Source: a virus
Virus record (IMG/VR): IMGVR_UViG_3300033149_001989
Coordinates: 1 to 64,000 of that record
Strand: one strand, 5' to 3'
DNA: 64,000 nucleotides
Position numbers and translations under genes: made by a program. A model generated the notes under the pieces. It ran no database searches and was not told the origin of the DNA. It saw only the letters and a program-made list of their open reading frames with translations. Of the stretch, positions 20,349-29,672 are shown piece after piece; position 1 is the first letter of the stretch; the number at the start of each line of letters is the position of its first letter.

Positions 20349-21452
20349 CTAAACAAAATTTATGTGTGGTGGAGGGTTTTTTAAAGTATATAAAAAGTCA
20401 TTTATATAGTGATGTAAACAGTTGGTCTCGCATTCCTTATTAACATTAAGCGTCTGAACTTTTCTTTGAACTTCCCAATATCTATCACCTTCCACAATGT
20501 CACTGAATGAAGTTTCTTTTATATTACCCATATAAAACTCATCTTTCCGATAACCAAGCAAATGCCCGCACGGTGCAACATCACCATTGGCATTGATTGT
20601 CATATTAAATTGAGTACCATAACAAACCTTGAAGTCATTTTTACCCATATTAAGTAACTTATTTCTTTTCATCACTACGTCATACTCATTAGTAGCCAAC
20701 TTCTCAGCCTCACGTAAGATTGGTTCTAATTTGTAATACTCCTCGTGCTTCACATTAAGCTTACCATCTGGGGTATCAGAACAAGGTTTCGCCACAAAAT
20801 AATCCACCCCCAAATCTTTGCTCAGCCGTGCTAATGGAAATATTTGAAACATATTATCTCTAATAATAACCATCTGGGTGCCAATAGTGACAGGTAAATT
20901 ATATTCCTTTTTTAGTTCAACAGACTTTCTTATAATATCAATAACATGGCCAAATCTGTCCTTACCGTGAACAATTTTATAAATATCCCTATTCGCTGCG
21001 CCAATACTAAACCTAACCCACACAAACGATTCCAAAAACTCAAGAAGCCGAGATTCTTTTAAAGCAATTCCATTAGTAGCTATACCAAAATCAATATTAC
21101 TCTTCCTGCAACACTCAAGCATATCATATAAATCTGGATGTATTGTATTTTCTCCTTCACCGACAAGACTAATCGACCTAACACCAAGTGACTCAGCATC
21201 TTTAAGTAATTCACAAAATACATTCTTTGGTAGGAGAACCTGCTCACCAATAGATGTCTTACCAATTACAGTACCATAACAATACTTACAAGCCAAGTTA
21301 CACCCACTAGCAACCCCCATTTCTATATGAAGCGGAGCAACTCTTTCGCCACGTTGCCAAGCCTGTAATCTATCCAAATGCCACAATAATTTGTGACCAG
21401 TCATATTAAACCTATCCACTACTCTTTTCCCAAACTTATTATTGCTGGACAT
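20349..21452 (-). CDS. Radical SAM protein with SPASM/twitch domain
   Basis: CNLACKYC (CX3CX2C), GEGEN, and C-terminal GDVAPC...MGNI...CETNC. Confidence 0.9.
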   Translation of the reverse strand: MSSNNKFGKRVVDRFNMTGHKLLWHLDRLQAWQRGERVAPLHIEMGVASGCNLACKYCYGTVIGKTSIGEQVLLPKNVFCELLKDAESLGVRSISLVGEGENTIHPDLYDMLECCRKSNIDFGIATNGIALKESRLLEFLESFVWVRFSIGAANRDIYKIVHGKDRFGHVIDIIRKSVELKKEYNLPVTIGTQMVIIRDNMFQIFPLARLSKDLGVDYFVAKPCSDTPDGKLNVKHEEYYKLEPILREAEKLATNEYDVVMKRNKLLNMGKNDFKVCYGTQFNMTINANGDVAPCGHLLGYRKDEFYMGNIKETSFSDIVEGDRYWEVQRKVQTLNVNKECETNCLHHYINDFLYTLKNPPPHINFV

Positions 21453-21886
21453 TCCTTAAAATATGAATCCATAACAGCTTCTCTAGTTTCTTGAGAACTT
21501 TTCGGGAAATAACTTTTAATATTCACAAAATGTTTAAAAATCTCATCACTAGCAATGGTGTGTGAAGGTCCCAATGTAGGATAATAAGCATAACCAACAA
21601 TTTTAACATTAAGATTTTGTGAGTCTATATCAAGTTTTATCTGCTCAAACGGTCTCTCTAATATAAAAGGGGTAATCGAATAGATATATGGTTTGTACCC
21701 TTCCAATGCCATACCAGCAGCCATACCAACGATTGTTTGTTCACAAATACCAACATTAATTATTTTGTTAGGAAATGATGATTTAATATTATCGAAAATA
21801 CCATACCCAATGTCACCGAGTAGAAGAACAATCTTATCATCCCTAAAAACTAATTCATATAATACCTGCCCGAACTCTTTTCTCAT
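21419..21886 (-). CDS. Transketolase-like, pyrimidine-binding domain only
   Basis: NVGICEQTIVGMAAGMALEG, ERPFEQIKLD, LGPSH. Confidence 0.85.
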   Translation of the reverse strand: MRKEFGQVLYELVFRDDKIVLLLGDIGYGIFDNIKSSFPNKIINVGICEQTIVGMAAGMALEGYKPYIYSITPFILERPFEQIKLDIDSQNLNVKIVGYAYYPTLGPSHTIASDEIFKHFVNIKSYFPKSSQETREAVMDSYFKECPAIISLGKE

Positions 21887-22607
21887 AACTGTCAAGCTCC
21901 TTCATTGCCATATCAATTTCCTCATCGCTTGATTTGCGAGCGTGCCACTCTGGTTTATTCTCCATAAAACTAACACCAAGCCCCTTAGTAGTATTACATA
22001 TTATAACTAGTGGATTATTGGTCTCCAAGGATAAACGCTGTAACTCGTTAAAATTATTTCCATTAACTCTAACAACAGAAGCACCAAACGCCACAAACTT
22101 GCTAGATAAATCGCCGAGGGAACAAATATTCTCGACAAAATCCAATGATTGTAATTTGTTATTATCTATAAACACTACCAAATTGTTAAGGTTGTGATGA
22201 GACGCAACCAACATAGACTCCCAAGTTGTACCCTCTTGACATTCACCATCTCCAATTAGGAGAAATATCCTGCCACCAACATTAAATATTTTACGAGACA
22301 ACGCCGCACCAACTGCTATTGGTAAGCAGTGACCAAGACTGCCTGCGTGACAATATATTCCATTATCTGGGTCTCTATGAGTACAACCCATTAACTGCGG
22401 GTCAAAACCACGTTCCCTAAGCATAACATAGTAACCAAGACATCCGTGACCCTTACCGTAAATAAACACGTCATCATCCTCAAGGTTGTCGAAGATAAAC
22501 CTCAAAATTTCTACAGAAGATAGTGCCGATGGAATGTGTGCTTCACCACTGGTGTAAGCCAGTTTGATAATCTCTTTTCTTAGTCTTATACTTTCTGTGT
22601 CTAACAT
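21855..22607 (-). CDS. Transketolase-like, N-terminal TPP-binding subunit
   Basis: AHIPSALS, KGHG, GSLGH and GDGECQEG...IDNN (TPP motif). Confidence 0.9.
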   Translation of the reverse strand: MLDTESIRLRKEIIKLAYTSGEAHIPSALSSVEILRFIFDNLEDDDVFIYGKGHGCLGYYVMLRERGFDPQLMGCTHRDPDNGIYCHAGSLGHCLPIAVGAALSRKIFNVGGRIFLLIGDGECQEGTTWESMLVASHHNLNNLVVFIDNNKLQSLDFVENICSLGDLSSKFVAFGASVVRVNGNNFNELQRLSLETNNPLVIICNTTKGLGVSFMENKPEWHARKSSDEEIDMAMKELDSYEKRVRAGII

Positions 22608-22609
22608 AT

Positions 22610-23671
22610 CTATATATAATTATCGTATGGTTGAGGATTTTTTAACCTCCATAAGTATAAGTTGATTTTATCCATTCTACAATTGCTGCGACATTGCTGA
22701 ACATCAAGCTCCTCAATCATCTTTTTAACTTTCTTCCTACGATTAGAATGCCAAATGGTAGAAAAACTATCCTTATTTATATTACCATAAATAAATTTAT
22801 CATTACCAATAAAAGAACTACACGCCCACAAATTTCCATTAGAATCCAAAAACGACCAAAAATTACACGCATTGCATTGCGAATAACCCTTCTTAGCATT
22901 AAGTTGCTTCATTGTATTATACCTAAAAATAATCTTAAAATCATCTGTCTCACACTTTGATAATTCTTCGGCTATTGAATAATAACTTTCATAGGATATA
23001 TCCTTGTACGCCTTATTATTACTCATAGGATGCTGAGAGTATGGTTTGATAACCAAATAGTCAACACCAATGTCCCGAACAATATTTGCCAATTGAACAA
23101 CCTCTTTCGAATTCTCAGGAATTAGTAACAATTGAGCACCAATTGTGCAACCAATTTCGTTACTTTCCCTAAATTTTACAGCATAGTCTATATTTTTAAG
23201 CAATCGTTCAAAGTCGTCTTCCTTAGTGCCGTGAATTAATGAATATGATTTCTTATTGCTCGCATCAACACTAAATTTAATCCAAGTTAGCAGCGGGAGT
23301 ATTTGAGACGCTAAAAGAGGTTTAAGTAAAACACCATTAGTTCCTAAAGCCGTATCAATATTAACCTTTTTGGCTACCAATATTAGTTTAGCAATATCTT
23401 TATGAATAAGCGGTTCCCCTTCTCCAGCAAACAGCATACTCTTAACACCCATCAATTTCATATCCGATACGGCAGACGTAAAATTACTGACATTTAAGGA
23501 GTCAGCCTTATAGTTCAAGTAGTCAAACGCACAAAATACGCAACGATGATTACATAATTTTGTCGGTGACACTTCAATATACATCGGAACTATATCCTCA
23601 CCACTCAACCACCTATAAACTTCGTGAGGATGGTACATGAGTTTCTGTGCATCTATTTGATACTCATCCAT
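22610..23671 (-). CDS. Radical SAM protein with SPASM/twitch domain (paralog of 20349..21452)
   Basis: CNHRCVFC, GEGEP, VDYLVIKPYS and C-terminal GNLWAC...YGNI...CRSNC. Confidence 0.9.
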   Translation of the reverse strand: MDEYQIDAQKLMYHPHEVYRWLSGEDIVPMYIEVSPTKLCNHRCVFCAFDYLNYKADSLNVSNFTSAVSDMKLMGVKSMLFAGEGEPLIHKDIAKLILVAKKVNIDTALGTNGVLLKPLLASQILPLLTWIKFSVDASNKKSYSLIHGTKEDDFERLLKNIDYAVKFRESNEIGCTIGAQLLLIPENSKEVVQLANIVRDIGVDYLVIKPYSQHPMSNNKAYKDISYESYYSIAEELSKCETDDFKIIFRYNTMKQLNAKKGYSQCNACNFWSFLDSNGNLWACSSFIGNDKFIYGNINKDSFSTIWHSNRRKKVKKMIEELDVQQCRSNCRMDKINLYLWRLKNPQPYDNYI

Positions 23672-25170
23672 TATTTAAATAACCCCTCAATAAATTTGCA
23701 AATTTTGTCATGTTCTATACTTACTTTATTACCGATATAAGTAGTCGCAATAGAAGCAAACACGCTTCCACAAAATAGAACAATTTCTACTGGAGCATTA
23801 TTACACGCTAAAGGAGCGACCACAGAAAGAAACGCATCACCTGCCCCAACTGGGTCTATAACATTATTAACCATTGCAGGTACAGTAGCAACTCTACCAC
23901 CTATCTTACCAACACAACCATTAGGACCCCTAGTAACAATTATGTCACCAGGAAATTTCTCTACCGCCTCATCAATACTATGATAATCCTCTAATTGCTC
24001 GTGCATCGCCAATATAAATTCACGTTCATTAACACAGAATAATTGATTTCCCTTCCTCTTAAAGTATTTACGTAAAGAATGGCGACCAGTGTTACCTGCA
24101 TTCATTTGCGTATTAACAGCCAAGTATTTAGACTTTTTAATCAGATAACTTCGTGCCTCTTTATTTAGCATACCGTGTCCAGAATCACAAACCAATACTA
24201 AATCATACTTGGCCGCATCATCGAAAGAAGAATTAATCAAACCGCTACGAACTGGACTAGAATCAAATTCGTAAACTTCAAACACGCTTCCAATTGGGTA
24301 CTCATTAACATAACGACGTTTAGTAATAGTATTGGCACCCTGTCTTATAACTGGTAAAAACTTAACCCTATTGTCTAAACCATCCTCTATCACCTTTTCC
24401 CAATCATTTCCAACCATAGCAACTAACTTAACATTATCACAAAACCCAGAAAGATTATTAGCAATATTAAGCGGTACACCTGCATGCCGCTCAACTCGGT
24501 CAGTACTAAATACTAGCATTGGTGCTTTGTTTGACTTACCAATAGTTCTACCATAACAATACTCATCAATAACAGCTTCACCGATAATAAGGATACTCAT
24601 ATCTCTTATATTATCAAGAAATGATACAACGTCAGCACCTGTATAATTTTCCGATAACACGTCAATATATGATAAAGCCTCATCTGTAATAGCAGACATA
24701 TACCTATTTATAAGGCGAGTAGAACTAAAAGTAAGTTCATCAGTAGTAACAAATTTACCACCGCAAGAAGTTACTGCTTCCTCTTCACGCTTTAGTGCGT
24801 CCATATAAGTTTTACTTGCGTCTATACTACGTTTACCTTTAGCATACACGTCTGGCTTAATATATTTAATAGTCTTAACCGCATCACTCCACTGGTTTAC
24901 AGCAACATAATCAACATAAACTAAAGACGCAATTGCTTCAGCACGTATATGTTCATTAAATGCTGGTCTATTATAACCCTTATTAACAAACCTGTCTGGG
25001 GTTACTGTAACCACTAAAATATCACCCAATTTGCTGGCTGCCTCCAAATGACGTAAATGACCAATATGAAGGAGGTCAAAAACTCCATGACACAACACCA
25101 CAGTACTACCATTACTTCGCCAGTCTACTCTTAGCTTAGATAGTGTTTCTAAATCAGTTATCTTACTCAT
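23671..25170 (-). CDS. Bifunctional nucleotidyltransferase + PfkB sugar kinase (HldE/RfaE-like, reversed domain order)
   Basis: HGVFDLLHIGH and FSST in the N-terminal half; IGEAVIDEY and DPVGAGDAF in the C-terminal half. Confidence 0.9.
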   Translation of the reverse strand: MSKITDLETLSKLRVDWRSNGSTVVLCHGVFDLLHIGHLRHLEAASKLGDILVVTVTPDRFVNKGYNRPAFNEHIRAEAIASLVYVDYVAVNQWSDAVKTIKYIKPDVYAKGKRSIDASKTYMDALKREEEAVTSCGGKFVTTDELTFSSTRLINRYMSAITDEALSYIDVLSENYTGADVVSFLDNIRDMSILIIGEAVIDEYCYGRTIGKSNKAPMLVFSTDRVERHAGVPLNIANNLSGFCDNVKLVAMVGNDWEKVIEDGLDNRVKFLPVIRQGANTITKRRYVNEYPIGSVFEVYEFDSSPVRSGLINSSFDDAAKYDLVLVCDSGHGMLNKEARSYLIKKSKYLAVNTQMNAGNTGRHSLRKYFKRKGNQLFCVNEREFILAMHEQLEDYHSIDEAVEKFPGDIIVTRGPNGCVGKIGGRVATVPAMVNNVIDPVGAGDAFLSVVAPLACNNAPVEIVLFCGSVFASIATTYIGNKVSIEHDKICKFIEGLFK

Positions 25171-26113
25171 TAATCTTTATCACCACTGACTTAATACCGC
25201 TTGGTCTTTTAGCATTACCAATACCAAGATATTCAAATGACCTATTAAACTCTGTAACAAATTCTTGCAACGCTCTATATTCATGGTCCATCCATCCTCC
25301 ACCAAAAACATCATAACCACAAAATTCGTCAAAACATATGATAGTCCCAGGTACAATACAATTATTTATATTAAACAACACATCTCTAGTTGATGAATAC
25401 AAGTCACAATCAATATGTATAAACGAAAGTTTGGTATTAAAACGACTAAAATTTGGAACAGTATTCTTAAACATTCCTATCCAAAGTTTAGTTCCATCAC
25501 CAAAATCGGGAATCTCATCAACCCTGTACTTACCCTTCTTATTATCCATAAGAGTTCTATTGCCCGATATTTTCCAGTCCTCTGGTAGTCCTTCAAAACT
25601 ATCAAACAAGTGCAACGTTACTCCTGCTGGTAGGTACTGTAGTATCTTCTTAGTTGATGTGCCACTGCTCACACCAAATTCCGCCCAATCACCATCAATA
25701 GCGAGATTACGAAGCGCAAAATCTAAAGCCTTATCATCAAATGCTTTTGATACCATATATTCTAAACTATCCTTACTAACAGGGCTAATTTTACCACTAG
25801 GAAGCTTACGAAATACATCATTATCACTGTGATGCGTAGAAATTTCCAAAATTTTTACAGGAGAAATACTCCTAAATGAGTGGTAAGTATTCGGTTTTAT
25901 TGTTATTGGTTCATCATAAGGTAACAATGGAATATCTACATTCTCATATTTAAGAATCCCACCACCTTCAACACAATAAAAAGTTTCATACTTCTTTTTA
26001 TGACAATGATAACTTGAAGTGTACCCTCCAGATAACTCTAAGAATTTACCGCAGTACAAATCATTATTAACAATCCAAACTTCTCTTCCCCAATCCTTAA
26101 AAACTATCTTCAT
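25163..26113 (-). CDS. Cupin (sugar isomerase-like) fused to TylF/MycF-type O-methyltransferase
   Basis: KDWGRE...SYHCHKKKYETF...YHSF cupin; EFGV, FDSFEGLPE, IHIDCDLY and FDE TylF motifs. Confidence 0.85.
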   Translation of the reverse strand: MKIVFKDWGREVWIVNNDLYCGKFLELSGGYTSSYHCHKKKYETFYCVEGGGILKYENVDIPLLPYDEPITIKPNTYHSFRSISPVKILEISTHHSDNDVFRKLPSGKISPVSKDSLEYMVSKAFDDKALDFALRNLAIDGDWAEFGVSSGTSTKKILQYLPAGVTLHLFDSFEGLPEDWKISGNRTLMDNKKGKYRVDEIPDFGDGTKLWIGMFKNTVPNFSRFNTKLSFIHIDCDLYSSTRDVLFNINNCIVPGTIICFDEFCGYDVFGGGWMDHEYRALQEFVTEFNRSFEYLGIGNAKRPSGIKSVVIKINE

Positions 26114-26935
26114 TTAATACCTCCTGAGCTTCTTAATTATAGGAAGCTCAGAGTCATACACCACCTTCTTTCCATCACCAAGAGCAAATTGAATATTTTT
26201 AACGTAACGACCAATACGAAACATATCTTCTGGTTCTATGCTTGCTGCTTGGTCTGTACCATACATTGCCCTATCAAGGGTAACGTGAAATTCAACCGCC
26301 TCAGCCCCAAAAGCCACCGCAACGGGAATATAAACAATATCTGGTGAGTGATTAGAAAATCCTATTTTATGTTCAGGATATTTTTTAACTAGTTTCGGTA
26401 TATAACTAAGATTAATTTCATTTGGTGAACAAGGGTAAGTAGACGTACAGTGAAGAATGTATTTTATTTGCTTACCAAAAAATTTCACAACATCATCAAT
26501 TTCTTTCTCTGTACTCATTCCAATTGAAACTATCAATGGAATTCTAAGACTTTTTAGCTTCTCCAGAAGTTCTTTATAAGTTATAAGAGCAGAGGGTATT
26601 TTCATAAATTCTGGGCTAAATTCAGCAATCATGTCTGCTGACTTAACATCCCACACCGAGGCAATCCATTTAATACCAATTGCCCGACAATATCTATCTA
26701 TTTCACAATAAGCATCAAAATCCAGCTCGAGACCCTCTTTTTGTGCCCTATTTGTAGTCCCCCAAGGGGATTCTCTATACTTATCAAGCTCCTCTCTACT
26801 ATATACCAAATCAATAGTTCTTTTTTGGTATTTAACATAATCCATACCAGCACTTTTAGCCAAAGCCATAAGTTTTTTCGCTATTTCTAAATCACCATTA
26901 TGGTTTATGCCAATTTCCGCAATTTTAATTACCAT
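26114..26935 (-). CDS. neuB: Nonulosonic acid (NeuB-family) synthase, without C-terminal SAF/antifreeze domain
   Basis: IAEIGINHNGD, VKYQKR, KIPSA, LHCTSTYP, GFSNHS, EFHVTLDR. Confidence 0.93.
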   Translation of the reverse strand: MVIKIAEIGINHNGDLEIAKKLMALAKSAGMDYVKYQKRTIDLVYSREELDKYRESPWGTTNRAQKEGLELDFDAYCEIDRYCRAIGIKWIASVWDVKSADMIAEFSPEFMKIPSALITYKELLEKLKSLRIPLIVSIGMSTEKEIDDVVKFFGKQIKYILHCTSTYPCSPNEINLSYIPKLVKKYPEHKIGFSNHSPDIVYIPVAVAFGAEAVEFHVTLDRAMYGTDQAASIEPEDMFRIGRYVKNIQFALGDGKKVVYDSELPIIKKLRRY

Positions 26936-27620
26936 TCTTCCTCCCAACAATATATATCACGCCAGCCCCATGATAATTAATATCTAATGTCTCACAATAC
27001 ACAACCTCTAAGAATAACTTATTAAACAAGCGAGTTAAAGTTTTATCAGTAAAGTAAGAAACGTGGTCATTCTCTAGTGCCCGTTTCTTTTCATAAATTT
27101 TACCAAAATTTGGCACCTCAACAAATAAAACTCCATTAGTCCTTAATAACGAAACCCAAATTTGTAATACCTGTGTTGGATTGGGAACGTGCTCTACTAC
27201 GTGAGAAGCATAAATCAATTCCCAACCAGAACCAACAACGGTAATCAAATCTTTACTAGTAATATCCGCCTTTACAATGCTAAATCCCCTATCTCCAGCC
27301 AGTCTTATAAATTGATTATTTAAATCAACCGAAGTTACATCAATAGTAGTATTAGACAAATATGACTCCAAACACGCTGGACCCGAACCAAGGTCTAATA
27401 CTTCCTTATTAGTAAACTTGGACAAAATCTTCCAATTATATTCTAATTTACGATGATAATTCTTTCGGTGGCTAAACTTTTGAAATTCATATTCCGAATT
27501 TGCCTTGCTGTAATCCTGCTGTACAAACCCGCACTTTAAGCACTTATACAATTCAACTTCACCACCATGAAACGTCCTACCCCACTCTTCAAGATGCCCG
27601 TTACAAAGTTCACAATTCAT
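26925..27620 (-). CDS. Class I SAM-dependent methyltransferase with N-terminal zinc ribbon
   Basis: CELC...CLKC, VLDLGSG, SHVVEHVPNP, EVPN, HVSYF. Confidence 0.85.
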   Translation of the reverse strand: MNCELCNGHLEEWGRTFHGGEVELYKCLKCGFVQQDYSKANSEYEFQKFSHRKNYHRKLEYNWKILSKFTNKEVLDLGSGPACLESYLSNTTIDVTSVDLNNQFIRLAGDRGFSIVKADITSKDLITVVGSGWELIYASHVVEHVPNPTQVLQIWVSLLRTNGVLFVEVPNFGKIYEKKRALENDHVSYFTDKTLTRLFNKLFLEVVYCETLDINYHGAGVIYIVGRKNGN

Positions 27621-28266
27621 ACCCGCCCCTTAAAATAATTTCCGTTAGTTTCAAATCATCAATCGTATCAATATCTATTGCTTCTGCTAAACTTGTCTCA
27701 AGCATATAAGCCTTATCGATTAAACGACAACTACCAGCAACAAGTTCCCCAGTTAAAATACCATATATTGCACCAGTTTCGAAATAATCGTGTCCAGAAA
27801 AAGTATGCTTAAGTGGTCTATTACATGGGTCATAATTCTTAGCACTACCATTAGCCCACCAAAATTTGTCAAATTTACATACAGACAAACCACTCTTGCA
27901 ACCAGATTGTTCAAACCCCTTAACAAACGAGTTAACAGTATCCACTCTTAGCAGGGGGACAGTGCATTGAACTAGATAAGAATACTTGGCACCAACTTTC
28001 TCAGCAGCATTTTTATACACAATATCAAGATTAAAGTTATCTGTAGCAGTATTTGGGTCTTGGCTAATCACTCTTGCCCTGCAACCCCAAGCCACATCCT
28101 TAATATCATCACTATCTGATACAACATATACACTATTACCAAATACACTTCTCCGCAAAGTTGATATAACATATGATATAAGCGGTTTGCCATTCAGTAG
28201 GTATATGTTTTTATTCTTTAATCTCTTACTACCACCACGTGCAGGTACAAAAACCGCCCTATCCAT
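27610..28266 (-). CDS. neuA: CMP-nonulosonic acid synthetase (acylneuraminate cytidylyltransferase)
   Basis: PARGGSKRLKNKN, GKPLI, ETGAIY, IDIDTIDDL. Confidence 0.92.
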   Translation of the reverse strand: MDRAVFVPARGGSKRLKNKNIYLLNGKPLISYVISTLRRSVFGNSVYVVSDSDDIKDVAWGCRARVISQDPNTATDNFNLDIVYKNAAEKVGAKYSYLVQCTVPLLRVDTVNSFVKGFEQSGCKSGLSVCKFDKFWWANGSAKNYDPCNRPLKHTFSGHDYFETGAIYGILTGELVAGSCRLIDKAYMLETSLAEAIDIDTIDDLKLTEIILRGGYEL

Positions 28267-29221
28267 TCTCGTCCAACTCCATCAGTACATTTGCTATTCT
28301 CTCTGCTGAATGTCCATCCAAAACGATTTTCTTCGCTACCCACGCTTGCTGCTCTGCTAAATAGGTGTCCAAGTGAGTTGTAAAATCAACTAAGTGACGT
28401 TCATCACGTAAAAACCACTTCTCTGGAATAGCAGTGTGTGCCCGCTTTTCAGTACTCCAAAACAAAGTCGGTACTCTAGCACACAAACAAGTTAGAAAAG
28501 TGCTTATACTAGATGCCACCAGCGCAAAATCTACATCCTTTATTAAATTCTCAGGAAAATCAATGCCTACTTTTGGATACGCAATTCTATTAAAAACGTT
28601 TTGGACTTTAGTGAATCTACTGGCTCTAGGATGACTCGAAACTAAAATCTCTCTTGGTTCGAGAATTTTTATGATTCGCCACCATCTTTTGTACCTCTCA
28701 ACAGCCTGACTTTTATCTCTTGGATACGACTTATCATAATGAATAGTAAAAGTATCAAAAATCATCACTCTACCAGGTTTGGGAGTTCTTATAGTATTAA
28801 ACGCTGCATCATAACGTGGATTACCAGTTAAATGCCAAGTTGGAGGAATAACACCAAACCCTGCGTAATCAACTTCAAGCATTCCAGCAACAAACATATG
28901 ATATTTAACACATCTTTTGGCATCCAATGATTTTATATCAACTAAATCCTCAGAAATAGTACCAAAATGAACACCTTTATCTATCAACCGTTTCAAGTCG
29001 TTCTCATATCTACTGTGAAACGCAGATACAACAACGTCCCCACGATGAACATCATCCACATTCTTAACTATCTTGCTCCCCCCATCACTGTGTTGAACAG
29101 TAATATATTTAGCCGCTTGTGATGTACTACCAGCAGTAAAAATAAACCTCTTTTTTAAATGTTTAGCCACCTCGTTGAGCACCCTACCTTGATGCTCGTG
29201 ATAAGCATTAAGATATATCAT
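28259..29221 (-). CDS. Putative GT-B transferase (sialyl-/Kdo-transferase-like)
   Basis: TGNPRYD, SHPR and DGHSAERIA motifs; located between kdsC and neuA. Confidence 0.55.
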   Translation of the reverse strand: MIYLNAYHEHQGRVLNEVAKHLKKRFIFTAGSTSQAAKYITVQHSDGGSKIVKNVDDVHRGDVVVSAFHSRYENDLKRLIDKGVHFGTISEDLVDIKSLDAKRCVKYHMFVAGMLEVDYAGFGVIPPTWHLTGNPRYDAAFNTIRTPKPGRVMIFDTFTIHYDKSYPRDKSQAVERYKRWWRIIKILEPREILVSSHPRASRFTKVQNVFNRIAYPKVGIDFPENLIKDVDFALVASSISTFLTCLCARVPTLFWSTEKRAHTAIPEKWFLRDERHLVDFTTHLDTYLAEQQAWVAKKIVLDGHSAERIANVLMELDENG

Positions 29222-29672
29222 AATTCCTCTCCTTTAGTCTTAAAACAGCCTCCAGAACGCAACCACAACCGCCACCACGCTTCAAAACAAAATCTGCCTC
29301 CTTTTTTACCTCTGGAAGAGCATCAGATGGTACAAATGACACAGCACATTTCTTGAATACTGGTATATCATCAAAGCAATCCCCAATGTAAGCAGTCTCC
29401 TCTAAATTAACTATACTTGATAACCCTTCATGTTTCTTCATAAAAGGAATGTAGTGGTACTCTATTCCAATCTCATCGGCACGCAACTTTTTAGTAATTT
29501 TATCACTACCAGAACTGACCATTATTACTCTCAAACCACTATCCTTAGCAAACCAACACCCAACAGAATCATTTGCGTGGAATGCTATACACAGTTTACC
29601 TTGCTTAGAATAATAAAGTCTGCCATCGGTTAAAACACCATCGCAGTCAAAAACCAAATTCTTAATCTTCAA
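29208..29672 (-). CDS. kdsC: KdsC/YrbI-family HAD phosphatase
   Basis: FDCDGVLTDG, AYIGDCFDD, GGCGCVLE. Confidence 0.9.
   Translation of the reverse strand: MKIKNLVFDCDGVLTDGRLYYSKQGKLCIAFHANDSVGCWFAKDSGLRVIMVSSGSDKITKKLRADEIGIEYHYIPFMKKHEGLSSIVNLEETAYIGDCFDDIPVFKKCAVSFVPSDALPEVKKEADFVLKRGGGCGCVLEAVLRLKERNYDIS

Noticed and set aside
14699-29672. DNA hypermodification role for the sugar cluster
   Set aside because: No base hydroxymethylase, thymidylate-synthase homolog or DNA-modifying partner nearby, and the cluster sits in the head module; not excluded, but less supported than virion or surface glycosylation.
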